A stretch of 64,000 bases of DNA from an uncultured bacterium (GCA_964632485.1 CAZWDO010000007.1:124001-188000); one strand, 5' to 3'; shown: positions 38,306 through 47,779, counted from the stretch's first letter. The notes: generated by a model not told the origin, from the sequence alone. Made by a program: numbers and translations.

Positions 38306-39070
38306 TTAATCGCCGCCGGTTTTCCGCATACTGGGTGAAAGGAACGATTTCAATTTCTGCTCCACAATGCGGGGATTATCCCCCGATTGGATGCACATCA
38401 CGCCTTCAATAATCATTTCGCGCACTAAAATCTCCTGGTTTGAGCGGATTTTTAATTTCCCGGCTAAAGGGATAAAAATCAAATTCGCCATAAAAGCCCC
38501 ATAAAAAGTTGTAATTAATGCTACGGCCATACCCGGTCCGATCGCCGAAGGATCGTCCATTTTTTTGAGCATTTGCACTAAACCGATCAGCGTACCGATC
38601 ATCCCGAAGGCAGGCGCAAAAAGTCCCATTGTCTCGAGCAGACTCTGCCCGCTTTTGTGCCGACTTTCCAGATAGCTGAGTTCAGTTTCCATAATTGACC
38701 GCACAACTTCCGCCTCGATCCCATCTACGGCCAGGCGAATCCCGGATTTAAGAAAATCGCTTTCGAGACTCTCCACATAACTTTCAAGTGCCAAAATTCC
38801 TTCACGACGGGCTTTTTCAGCCAGTTGCACCAAATTATTGATCGTTTCCGACGTAGACTCTTCTTTATGGAAAAGCGATTTTTTAACGACTGCAAACACG
38901 CTCAGCATATCCTTGAGCGGGAAATTGATCAACGTGGCGGCAATCGTTCCGCCGACGGTAATCATCATAGAAGGAATATCGATAAAATCTAAAATGCTTC
39001 CGCCCAGCATGATCGACCATACTATTAAAAATATGCCGGTGCCCACACCGATAATCGTTGCAATATCCAT
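38306..39070 (-). CDS. motA: Stator protein MotA/PomA
   Basis: ARREGILALE, APAFGMIGTLIGLVQML, ALITTFYG. Confidence 0.95.
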   Translation of the reverse strand: MDIATIIGVGTGIFLIVWSIMLGGSILDFIDIPSMMITVGGTIAATLINFPLKDMLSVFAVVKKSLFHKEESTSETINNLVQLAEKARREGILALESYVESLESDFLKSGIRLAVDGIEAEVVRSIMETELSYLESRHKSGQSLLETMGLFAPAFGMIGTLIGLVQMLKKMDDPSAIGPGMAVALITTFYGAFMANLIFIPLAGKLKIRSNQEILVREMIIEGVMCIQSGDNPRIVEQKLKSFLSPSMRKTGGD

Positions 39071-39279
39071 CAGTAATTTCCTCGTTCAATAGGATTCAAA
39101 CCATTAATCCTGCGCCTGAAGGCAATCACTTTTTCGACAATTTCATCCTTTGATTCAGAAACCATCAATTTCCGTTGATTTGTCATCGTAATGATAGTAT
39201 CCGGTGTTTCCTCGATACTTTCTATCAAATCGCAATTAATGACGATGGGTTTGCCATTTAGGCGGTTAACCGTAATCAT
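39070..39279 (-). CDS. flbD: Flagellar protein FlbD (SwrD-like)
   Basis: MITVNRLNGKPIVINCDLIESIEETPDTIIT; start placed at ATG 39279. Confidence 0.9.
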   Translation of the reverse strand: MITVNRLNGKPIVINCDLIESIEETPDTIITMTNQRKLMVSESKDEIVEKVIAFRRRINGLNPIERGNY

Positions 39280-39325
39280 CCCGCTAAACCTTTTTAAACT
39301 CTGTTTAGGACTTAATACACACATC

Positions 39326-39353
39326 AATATAAACATTTTTTTTAGTTTGTCAA
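39326..39353 (-). promoter_or_regulatory. Internal sigma70-type promoter upstream of flbD-motAB
   Basis: Minus strand reads TTGACA-16 nt-TATATT, immediately downstream of the flgE terminator. Confidence 0.6.
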
Positions 39354-39360
39354 GAAAATA

Positions 39361-39393
39361 AAAAAACCGGCAGGCGGTTCTACCGGTTTTTTT
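39361..39393 (-). terminator. Intrinsic terminator after flgE (bidirectional shape)
   Basis: AAAAAACCGG(C)AG-GCGGTT-CT(A)CCGGTTTTTTTT: GC stem flanked by A and T runs. Confidence 0.8.
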
Positions 39394-39420
39394 AACTTAG
39401 GAACAAACTTTTAGCGATAG

Positions 39421-41541
39421 TTATCGCTTAAGGTTAACAAGCTCGCCGAGCAACGTGTCGGCGGTGGCAATTACCCGCGAATTGGCTTGAAAGCCACGCT
39501 GGGCAATGATCATTTGGGTCAGTTCTTTGGCAATATCAACATTGGAAGATTCGAGTGAACCGGGCACGACAGCTCCCTGGATACTTTCCCCGGCAATGCC
39601 GATGATGGGAATTCCCGAGTTTCCGGTTTGCTGAAACATGTTGTTGCCGACTCGCATTAATCCGGCGGGATTGTTAAAATCCGCCAAAACAACCTGCGCC
39701 AGGGTCTGATTCTTTCCATTCGTATAAACACCGGTAACCGTTCCGCTGCCGTCGATACCAATCGAAGTCAAATAGCCGGCAGTATAGCCATCCTGCGAAT
39801 CGATAATAACTGTATTGGGACTGGCGAATTGAGAAATACCGGATACATTATTCAAAACTCCAGCATCTAAGGCGATCTGGACGGGGTTAGCGCCGCTTTC
39901 GGTAAAAAACTCGAAATAATTTTCCCCGCCATCAAATTTAAAATCCGCTAATGAACCATCGGGATTGAAGTTAATAGTACCCGAAGAGGATATCTGGCCA
40001 CTTTCTTCGAGTTGAGATGGAGTGGATACTTCCCAGAACCATTGTTTATCGTTTTTGGAATCCTTGGTAAAGGTCATCGTGAGAATATGGGCATAACCCA
40101 GACTATCATAAATGGTAGCCGTAGTTGAATGCTGAGCGTCATCGGCTTCCTGAATCCGTTGCCAATGACCCTGGGTGGCGTCAAAAACTCCATCAAAGAC
40201 CGAGCGGTTAAGGGTGGCATCATCTGTATCGGAGAAGATATTCATATAAGTAATTTTGTTACGCTCACCTCCAAAACCGCTAATCTTGATTGAGCCGTCT
40301 TCATCAATATTGATTTCCTTAACAAACTTCTCCTGGTCCACGGTAAATACACTCTGAATCCCTTTGAGAAAATCATCCAGTGTCGTGGAATCACTCACGC
40401 TAAAAGTGCCGGTGTGAGAAGGTTGGGCGATACCAGTAGAGGTAAAGCTTGCCGATTCGCCAATCAGTCCCTGAATATTGAGAATGTCTCCGCTGATAAG
40501 ATTTAGATCATTGCCGCTGGCATCACGCATATTCGTCAATAAATCGTATTTAGTGGCGATATGCGAAAACTGGTCTGTTGTACGGGACTGGGTCGCCAGA
40601 TCTCCGTTCGAGGCGGCTAACGCCAACTGTAAGGATGCGTTGGAACTGGTGAATTTGATTTCATTCGAACTATTCCCGGAGGCATCGGTTAAGGAGATTG
40701 ACCCATCTGTATTCCAGCTCGCCTGCAAGCTCCCGGTAAAATCATTATTGATTTCATTAACCAGGTCCTGTAGAGAATGGAAATCACGAAATCCGACACC
40801 CGTATCGACGTCCACATAAGTATAGAGATGTGAATTGCCGGCGCCATCGACCAGGGTAACTGAACTGGAATTAGCGATCAATCCCTGTATGGCGGCATTC
40901 GCATTGCCCTTGGCGTACATTTTTTCGGCGTCAGAGTTATCCGTCCATCGCTCTAAGGCATAAAGACGTTTAGTATCTAAAAGAGTCCCTTTCGGAGCAG
41001 CGGTAGCATCCAGATTTCCCTTGAAGGTAACCGTACTGGTAGCTTTGGCCGGAGATTTTTGGCCAAAAGGGATTTTGATATCCGAAACCGCGGTTCCGAC
41101 GTTAATCACGCCGGAAGAATCCGCCATTTTCCCTTGCAGTACAAAACCGTTTGTGGGGGATACAATATTGCCAGCGGCATCAAATTGAAAGGAACCAGCG
41201 CGGGAATAGTACTGCTGCACCCCGTTGCTGACAATAAAATAGCCTTTACCCTCGATGGCCAGATCGGTCACCATCCCGGTCGCATCCAGTTTTCCCTGTT
41301 CAAGGTCAGTATCGACACTGCCGACACTCAATCCCAGTCCGACCTGGATGGGGTTCGTTCCTCCGATACCGCCATTGGGGCGAATCGCGGGTTTCAAAGT
41401 TTGGGTAAAAATTTCCTGAAAAGTTACTCGACCCGCCTTAAAACCAATTGTGTTTACATTGGATATGTTATTACTCAACACATCCATTTCAGTCTGGTGA
41501 ACACGTATGCCAGTTTCACCAGCGGTCAATGAACGCATCAT
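39421..41541 (-). CDS. flgE: Flagellar hook protein FlgE (long, 706 aa)
   Basis: NNISNVNTIGFK, DLAIEGKGYF, YSRAGSF, LESSNVDIAKELTQMIIAQRGFQANSRVI. Confidence 0.95.
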   Translation of the reverse strand: MMRSLTAGETGIRVHQTEMDVLSNNISNVNTIGFKAGRVTFQEIFTQTLKPAIRPNGGIGGTNPIQVGLGLSVGSVDTDLEQGKLDATGMVTDLAIEGKGYFIVSNGVQQYYSRAGSFQFDAAGNIVSPTNGFVLQGKMADSSGVINVGTAVSDIKIPFGQKSPAKATSTVTFKGNLDATAAPKGTLLDTKRLYALERWTDNSDAEKMYAKGNANAAIQGLIANSSSVTLVDGAGNSHLYTYVDVDTGVGFRDFHSLQDLVNEINNDFTGSLQASWNTDGSISLTDASGNSSNEIKFTSSNASLQLALAASNGDLATQSRTTDQFSHIATKYDLLTNMRDASGNDLNLISGDILNIQGLIGESASFTSTGIAQPSHTGTFSVSDSTTLDDFLKGIQSVFTVDQEKFVKEINIDEDGSIKISGFGGERNKITYMNIFSDTDDATLNRSVFDGVFDATQGHWQRIQEADDAQHSTTATIYDSLGYAHILTMTFTKDSKNDKQWFWEVSTPSQLEESGQISSSGTINFNPDGSLADFKFDGGENYFEFFTESGANPVQIALDAGVLNNVSGISQFASPNTVIIDSQDGYTAGYLTSIGIDGSGTVTGVYTNGKNQTLAQVVLADFNNPAGLMRVGNNMFQQTGNSGIPIIGIAGESIQGAVVPGSLESSNVDIAKELTQMIIAQRGFQANSRVIATADTLLGELVNLKR

Positions 41542-41548
41542 AATTATG

Positions 41549-41627
41549 CCTCCTTATGGTTTAAGTCCACCATAACGTACCACTTCAATCGATCCATGGT
41601 ACACGGCTTCCCTTGCGGGTCCAGCCG
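41549..41627 (-). ncRNA. Candidate cis-regulatory structured RNA in the flgE leader
   Basis: Three consecutive hairpins on the minus strand, the first capped by a GCAA (GNRA) tetraloop and the last abutting the AGGAGG SD. Confidence 0.55.
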
Positions 41628-41639
41628 AATCGTTGTGGT

Positions 41640-42038
41640 TCAAATTAAAATCGTACTGTCAATGTTCGTAAAAACATTCTCCTTAGCCTGATCCCGACTC
41701 GTAACCGTAATCACGGTTTTGTTGGGTACACTGACAATAAACGCTAAATCTTGCATGACGATTAGACTTTCCTTCGCTCCTTTCTCAGCCGCTTTACCAA
41801 CGGCCTGTTCCAATCGGTCTAAATCATATTGAGTTAAGGCAATTTGCCGGTTCAATAATCGACTTTGGGCATGAGCTGAAAATTTAATTCCCTCTTGTTT
41901 CGCCAATTCCTGCTTCAATAGCGATTGAAAAGCCTGGGGATCACGTTCGATACGTGTTCCCTGGGAGGAGGATTGGCGGCCATCAACGGGACGTTTCGCG
42001 CCCAGTTGTTCCGGTGTATAGAGGGAAATTTTACTCAC
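41640..42038 (-). CDS. Flagellar operon protein (TIGR02530-like)
   Basis: IKFSAHAQSRL, KGAKESL, VSVPNKTVIT, ENVFTNIDS; lies between flgD and flgE; start (GTG 42038) uncertain. Confidence 0.88.
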   Translation of the reverse strand: MSKISLYTPEQLGAKRPVDGRQSSSQGTRIERDPQAFQSLLKQELAKQEGIKFSAHAQSRLLNRQIALTQYDLDRLEQAVGKAAEKGAKESLIVMQDLAFIVSVPNKTVITVTSRDQAKENVFTNIDSTILI

Positions 42039-42756
42039 TTTCGGTCTCCACATTGTCTTCGGTTATGTTTTTTACTTCCAAGACATCGCTGATACTGAAT
42101 TCATTTTCTCCACAAACCAACAGAGTTTCGTTACCGTTATAGCGGACACCTGAAACAATACCGGTCGCATAGCCATCAATTACCACCTCTTTGCCTTCGG
42201 CATTGGTTCCTTTAATCACAAAAGTATATTCTCCATCATCAAGTTGAGCGCCGGCATTGTCTTTGCCATCCCAGGACCAACTACCCGGTCCCGCAGCCAA
42301 AATAGGCAATTCCACGTTACGCACAGCACGACCATTGGCATCGGTGATTTCGATTGTAACATTCTTAACTTCCTCCCCGGCATCAAAAAGCAAATCCGAG
42401 GTCTGCCCACTATTGATTTGCACATAATTCCCCCGAACCTTGACCTGTCGCCCAATCAGAGTCGTCGCCATATTGTTATTAATCGACCTGTTCAGTAACA
42501 GGTTAGTAGATAGAGTGTCTTCCAGGTTCTGATTAATCTGTGTCAGTTGTTCTAACGAACTGAATTGGGCCAATTGAGCCGTAAAATCTTCATTTTTCAT
42601 GGGATCAAGGGGATTTTGATATTGTAATTGGGTTGTAAACAGTTTTAAAAATTCATTTTTACTTGCTAAATCGGAGGGTTTGCTTTTATCGATATATTCG
42701 GGACCGGTATCGGTCTTGGGTTTGATCACGTCAACGCTGTTATAAATAACACTCAT
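42031..42756 (-). CDS. flgD: Hook capping protein FlgD
   Basis: FLKLFTTQLQYQNPLDPM, AQLAQFSSLEQ, WDGKD; start ATG 42756 behind GAGGAGG. Confidence 0.95.
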   Translation of the reverse strand: MSVIYNSVDVIKPKTDTGPEYIDKSKPSDLASKNEFLKLFTTQLQYQNPLDPMKNEDFTAQLAQFSSLEQLTQINQNLEDTLSTNLLLNRSINNNMATTLIGRQVKVRGNYVQINSGQTSDLLFDAGEEVKNVTIEITDANGRAVRNVELPILAAGPGSWSWDGKDNAGAQLDDGEYTFVIKGTNAEGKEVVIDGYATGIVSGVRYNGNETLLVCGENEFSISDVLEVKNITEDNVETESE

Positions 42757-42770
42757 CGGATTCCTCCTCG

Positions 42771-45700
42771 TTATGCCAGGTAGCTGTAGCGGCGATTCTG
42801 GCGTTGCTTTTCCCACTCATCAAAAATAGATTGCTGATCCTTCCGGCCCCGATCCTGCTGCTGGCCATGACGGGATGATTGATTGAGCATATCCTGTCGC
42901 TCGCTTCGTTCCTGGTTGTGGGTGAAACCACCGGCATCGCCGGCGGTTTGGGAAGCCACTACCTGTACTTCCACTTTGGTCAGATGAATTTGCTGTTCTT
43001 TCAACGCCTGGGTCAATTGATTCAAATCTTTGTTCATCTGTTGCCTCACAATCTCGTTTTCAACCTGAAAAATAGCGGAAGCCTGGCCGTTTTCAATCGT
43101 TAAACGGATGACCACCCGGCCCAACTCTTCGGGCTGAAGTCGAATTACTGCCTGTTGCCGGCCTTCCTGGTAACGAAAACGCAGTTGCGGAACGACCTGT
43201 TCCATCAACGGCGGCTGACCCTGACCCGCTAACGCTGGTTTTTCGGAAGGCTGAACCGACGGAGTTTCCTTGGCCCGCTGAAAATCAACTGTTCCCTGAG
43301 TGGAATTGGGTCCCGAAAATCCATCATCGGTAGCCGGTACTAACTGGTCCCTGTTTTCCGCAGCATGCTCGTTAATCCGCGCATCGCCGCGAACCGGTGG
43401 TCGCAAGGATACGGGAGAATTAACGACCGGCGCGGTTTGAAACGGGGCGTGATTCTCTCTATCTGCTCTATTGACAACATATTGCATATTTCGTGCCGCC
43501 GGAAATGAAGAATTGCCACCAGATTCGGATGAGCGTGAATAACTCTTTATATACCCGGCAGTTAGCTCTTCATTTTGCGCTACAGATGCGACAGAAGTTT
43601 CAGCTAAACCGACTTGATTTTCCATGTGAGAATTTTTCATTTGGGAAATTTTTTCCCCTGATTTGTCTAATCGCTGATCTATACCGGCCGATTCTACCAA
43701 CTCCCCTGTACTTTCTGCCAGAACTTGCGTTAGAAGTTCATTTGACGTTACAGGCGCTGATATTGAAGAAGTATCACTTAATTTCGTTCTACTCATCACA
43801 GGCTCCACTCCCTTCGAAACAGTTTGAGCTGGGGCTGGAGTCGAAGATGGAACCGGTCGATTGAATCCATGCGTTTTTCTCTCTCCGGTCTCTTTCAATA
43901 AAGAATCATCTACGATATTCCTATGCGTAGGACGAACCGTTTTATATTCACTATCATTAATCAAAATACTTAATGGCGAACTCTCTCGTGATACCGTCGT
44001 CTCATCCATCACTCCGGTTCTCATTTGTTGATTCCGGGCAATTTCCGGATTGCTGTTTTGTCGAGTAAGGGGCGTTGCTTTTGAATTTGATAGCAATGCC
44101 GTAGAGGAGGCTGAGATTCTATCCTCACCTGAGGATTGCGTCAACCCGTTTCTCTTGGCGGAAGATACCGAAAGTTGCCCCGAATGTGGCTCCTGGGATT
44201 TTTGAATTAGTTGATGGGGAACATCTTTTTGGCTTCCCTGTTCCTGTCTTACACCATCATCTGAGAGATCAGAAAGCGCGGAGACCCGAACGGGCTGAGT
44301 TGCGCCGAATAAGGGAATTCGTACGGATTCGCGATGCCCCAGGTTCACGCCGGTCATTTTTGGATCGTTCATGCTCATCCGAGAAATCTGTGAAACTTTA
44401 TCCGGGGGAAAGGTAAAAGCGCGCTGAAGTCTGGGTAACTGCGGGATAGAGGAAGCTCTAGTTTCCTCTGTAGATGGAACTTGCCCTTTCTCCGGGACAT
44501 CTCCCGCCAGACTGGAATTAATACGTGAATCAACTTTCAACGGCTTGGTGGTAGCCATTTTTTCAGGCGTATCTGCTTGTAAAGCGACTAGGGATGCTGC
44601 TTGGGCTGTCTGGGTCGATTGTGTCGATTGTGTCGATTGTGTCGATTGCGTCGATTGCGCTGTATGCGTCAATCGGCTGCTGCTAGTGATTGTAGATTCC
44701 TGGATTGATCCTCTTGACGGTAGAGGTATCTCTTTATGATTATCCGCGGGCCGTTGCGCTGATGTTTGTTCCGAATCCTGGATAGATAATTCCGGGGTTG
44801 TCGAAAAAGTTTGGTTTACGTGATAGTCTGTTTCCTCAGCGGACGAAGAGAAAAGCTTCCCTACGGAAGAAGTTGCGATTTTTTTTGACGATTCCAATGA
44901 TTGTTCAATACCGGACTTAGTGGAACCTTCGACAAATCGTGGATGCCCGCTACTGTTAGAACTCGTGTTATCCCGGGCCGGGTTAACCGAATCGCTCACC
45001 TGTGATGGCTGGGGCCTTGTCGCTCGAGCTGACGCGCTGGCAGATAAAGTTTTTGTCTGTGAAGCCACTGTCGGGGATATCGCTGGCGGTTCTGGCATTC
45101 GCGACGGAATCATCTTACGATAACTATTAAGCTGCCGATTCGTCAGTTGTTCAGCATGCGCAAATATCATACCGGGGATAGGGCCGGGTCTTTGTGAGCG
45201 AGTGGGGAAACGATCAGAAAAAACTACCCATGGCTGTGGGATCGGTTTTCCCTCTTTCGATTGTAAAAAGTGATCAGTCACTGTTTGAAGGGAGGGAAGA
45301 TTAATACTCCTTGATTTCCCATGTTCACTTTTCCAGGCGACTTCAATCGAGACGTTTTTATTTTCATGTCCCGAGATCACGTTGATCAACCGCTTCATCA
45401 TTGTCAACCAGGGAATCTTATTATCATTTAATGTAGAATCAGATGGATTGGAATTGGTTCCGCTATCGACTGAAGAACCGTTATTTAGATTCTGATTGTG
45501 TAAAGCCAGTAAAATATCATTGTGTTGATGCTGTATTATTGCTTGTTGTTTTGTGGATAGGGATGCTGAAAACTTCAACCCAGCTTGGAATGGCTCCCCT
45601 TCAGAAACAGGAATACTCCTCTCACCTTCAGAAAGAGGTATTTCAATCTGTTTTTCCCGGATATTCGCCCCATGGGAGGAAAGAAAAGAGAAATCCGGAT

Positions 45701-46958
45701 ACATTGGGCTATTGGTGGAGGTATTGCTGACAATTAAATCAGGATCGCTTGAAAAAACTTTTGGCTGAGACGCTGAAATGATAGTAGTAGCCTCCTGAAG
45801 AGATTCAATTCCCGGAGAATTCGTTATAAGAGACTTATGGGAGGAAATGGCAGATTTCTGCGATGAGTTAAAGGACTCGCCAGCTTCGGAAATCATCGCA
45901 GGGACAATACTTGAAGAAGCGGCATTCCGTTCCGTATATGGTTGGTATTTTGGATCGAAGGGAGGTGTTCTCTCACCGGCGGCAGTAATGGTTGCATTCA
46001 GCGTTTCAGGCAGAACCGAGGGAGCAGTTATAACAATAGGGTCACTAAGCGCCGTCTTGGACGCAAGAGTTTCGGATTGAATTCCGGTTCCGGGTCGATA
46101 TTTTCCCAAATCAATTGCTGTTGGGTGGGTTAGTTCGCCCATGTTTCGCTCCAGGCTCTGCGGTATGTCAGGTTCCGGGACATCGAGTAATGAAGGTTCT
46201 CGCCAATGAACCTCGTCAAAAAATTCTCCAGAACCAAAAATTTTTGAAGGAATTGCAGGGATATGGTTCTGCGATATTTTATTTAACGGCGTATGCTCTT
46301 GATAAGCCTGTTCTTTCCTTATAGTATTGGAAAAATCAGGCAGTTCATGCTCAATTTTTATAGGTTGATCGTCATTGTGCACAGATTCAGGGACAGCTAA
46401 GGAAATAGAATTCGCAGCAGAATGATCTTGTTCTTTTTGAGGGGATATAAGAGATAAATCCTCATCAATTGATGAATCCGTAGCAGAAGGTGAAACCGAT
46501 ATTGTTTCCTCAATCTCCCCGGTACTCAAAAGCGCCTTATCAAGTTGCTGCGCCAGCCAATTTTTCACCGGCATCGGCAAATCGGACTGAAAAATAAATG
46601 TATGTAGCCAGGGCGCCAAATCAAGTTGATAAACCTCTCCACCGTCTTGAGCTATCTGCATTAATAATGGATGTTCAGAGTCCAATCGGTTCAACTCTAA
46701 AGAGGGTTCACCCGGAATCTTCATTTTCAGCGCATCAGGATCATTTATATCGAACAATTGGGCGAGAAACAACAGATTTTCTTTGAAAAGCGGAGGGTTC
46801 GTAGCCGATTTAGCGGGAGATGAATCGCTTCCATCAGCAACAATCTGTTCGAGCATTTGGTAAAAATCCAGACCGGAACTGGAATTAAGCGAAGCATTGG
46901 GTAGCCGGACCGCATTTTTTGGAAAGAAAAGCTGAAGAAGCTGAGAGGCTATCATCAT
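42771..46958 (-). CDS. fliK: Hook-length control protein FliK (very long, 1395 aa)
   Basis: C-terminal T3S4 domain (IRLQPEELGRVVIRL...LTQALKEQQI); S/T/P/Q-rich disordered body; lies directly upstream of flgD. Confidence 0.88.
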   Translation of the reverse strand: MMIASQLLQLFFPKNAVRLPNASLNSSSGLDFYQMLEQIVADGSDSSPAKSATNPPLFKENLLFLAQLFDINDPDALKMKIPGEPSLELNRLDSEHPLLMQIAQDGGEVYQLDLAPWLHTFIFQSDLPMPVKNWLAQQLDKALLSTGEIEETISVSPSATDSSIDEDLSLISPQKEQDHSAANSISLAVPESVHNDDQPIKIEHELPDFSNTIRKEQAYQEHTPLNKISQNHIPAIPSKIFGSGEFFDEVHWREPSLLDVPEPDIPQSLERNMGELTHPTAIDLGKYRPGTGIQSETLASKTALSDPIVITAPSVLPETLNATITAAGERTPPFDPKYQPYTERNAASSSIVPAMISEAGESFNSSQKSAISSHKSLITNSPGIESLQEATTIISASQPKVFSSDPDLIVSNTSTNSPMYPDFSFLSSHGANIREKQIEIPLSEGERSIPVSEGEPFQAGLKFSASLSTKQQAIIQHQHNDILLALHNQNLNNGSSVDSGTNSNPSDSTLNDNKIPWLTMMKRLINVISGHENKNVSIEVAWKSEHGKSRSINLPSLQTVTDHFLQSKEGKPIPQPWVVFSDRFPTRSQRPGPIPGMIFAHAEQLTNRQLNSYRKMIPSRMPEPPAISPTVASQTKTLSASASARATRPQPSQVSDSVNPARDNTSSNSSGHPRFVEGSTKSGIEQSLESSKKIATSSVGKLFSSSAEETDYHVNQTFSTTPELSIQDSEQTSAQRPADNHKEIPLPSRGSIQESTITSSSRLTHTAQSTQSTQSTQSTQSTQTAQAASLVALQADTPEKMATTKPLKVDSRINSSLAGDVPEKGQVPSTEETRASSIPQLPRLQRAFTFPPDKVSQISRMSMNDPKMTGVNLGHRESVRIPLFGATQPVRVSALSDLSDDGVRQEQGSQKDVPHQLIQKSQEPHSGQLSVSSAKRNGLTQSSGEDRISASSTALLSNSKATPLTRQNSNPEIARNQQMRTGVMDETTVSRESSPLSILINDSEYKTVRPTHRNIVDDSLLKETGERKTHGFNRPVPSSTPAPAQTVSKGVEPVMSRTKLSDTSSISAPVTSNELLTQVLAESTGELVESAGIDQRLDKSGEKISQMKNSHMENQVGLAETSVASVAQNEELTAGYIKSYSRSSESGGNSSFPAARNMQYVVNRADRENHAPFQTAPVVNSPVSLRPPVRGDARINEHAAENRDQLVPATDDGFSGPNSTQGTVDFQRAKETPSVQPSEKPALAGQGQPPLMEQVVPQLRFRYQEGRQQAVIRLQPEELGRVVIRLTIENGQASAIFQVENEIVRQQMNKDLNQLTQALKEQQIHLTKVEVQVVASQTAGDAGGFTHNQERSERQDMLNQSSRHGQQQDRGRKDQQSIFDEWEKQRQNRRYSYLA
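44611..44655. repeat. In-frame 9-bp tandem repeat (TGNGTCGAT)x5 in fliK, encoding (QST)n
   Basis: TGGGTCGAT TGTGTCGAT TGTGTCGAT TGTGTCGAT TGCGTCGAT with degenerate flanking units. Confidence 0.9.
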
Positions 46959-47497
46959 TTACCTGCTTTCATTTTAACAATCATTTCAGCTAACCGGGCA
47001 GATTTTTCCGGATCCTGTCGGGTTACCTCGCCTAATACCTGACCCGCATTACGGGGTTTCATCACAACGAGCACTTTCACGACCATCTTTTCATCCATAC
47101 TCAATAAAATCTGCGCAACATCCGCTGGCTGCATGGCTTCATAAATCTTTGCCAATCGTTTAAAATTAGCGGTTTGACTCGTATCTTCCATATTCAACAA
47201 GGACTCAATCTCAGTTTTCATCTGGTTGACTTTTTCCATTTCTTGCTGCATTATATTTTCTTGCAGTTTTTGTTCCGAATTCAGCGATTGAATCAACTGA
47301 TTAATAGTATCCATCGGATATATTTCCCGGGCCGCTTGTTGAATCGAGTCTTCCAAGGTGGATTTCAACTGTCGATCCAATTCTAAAAAATTCCATAAAC
47401 GAGGTTTAATCTGTTTGTCCCAGACCCCCAGTCGATAAATAAAATAGCCGGTTGCTGCCATAAACAAAATGAAAAAAAAGGTCCATATATATTTCAT
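46955..47497 (-). CDS. MotE/YlxF/FlbB-like flagellar protein (MgtE_N-like domain)
   Basis: N-terminal TM, coiled coil, RLAKIYEAMQPADVAQIL...MKPRNAGQVL. Confidence 0.82.
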   Translation of the reverse strand: MKYIWTFFFILFMAATGYFIYRLGVWDKQIKPRLWNFLELDRQLKSTLEDSIQQAAREIYPMDTINQLIQSLNSEQKLQENIMQQEMEKVNQMKTEIESLLNMEDTSQTANFKRLAKIYEAMQPADVAQILLSMDEKMVVKVLVVMKPRNAGQVLGEVTRQDPEKSARLAEMIVKMKAGK

Positions 47498-47500
47498 AAA

Positions 47501-47779
47501 CTATTTCCGAATTCCATCGACCATGGTTTGATATTCCTTTTTTTGCCGGTCATGTGTCTTATTCAAAGTCATGCGGTGGCTGCGTTGCGTGAGAAGACTG
47601 TCCAAAACGTGTGAAAGACTGTCATAGCATCCTTTTTGATTAAATTCGAAGGTTGCGCGGCGCCAGTCAGTTAATCCCGGATGCCGCCAGGATTCCAACA
47701 AACCTATTTTTAATGAAAAATAAAATAGAGCCAGAAAAAAAATCAGCGCAAACCATGAAAAAACTACTTTCCCACTCAT
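47501..47779 (-). CDS. Hypothetical small membrane protein in the flagellar operon
   Basis: ATGA overlap with fliJ; N-terminal hydrophobic helix. Confidence 0.65.
   Translation of the reverse strand: MSGKVVFSWFALIFFLALFYFSLKIGLLESWRHPGLTDWRRATFEFNQKGCYDSLSHVLDSLLTQRSHRMTLNKTHDRQKKEYQTMVDGIRK

Noticed and set aside
40990-41080. Spirochete-type lysinoalanine cross-link site in FlgE
   Set aside because: The Lys-containing GQK motif is present, but the position of the required Cys reads KGNLD rather than xCNLD.
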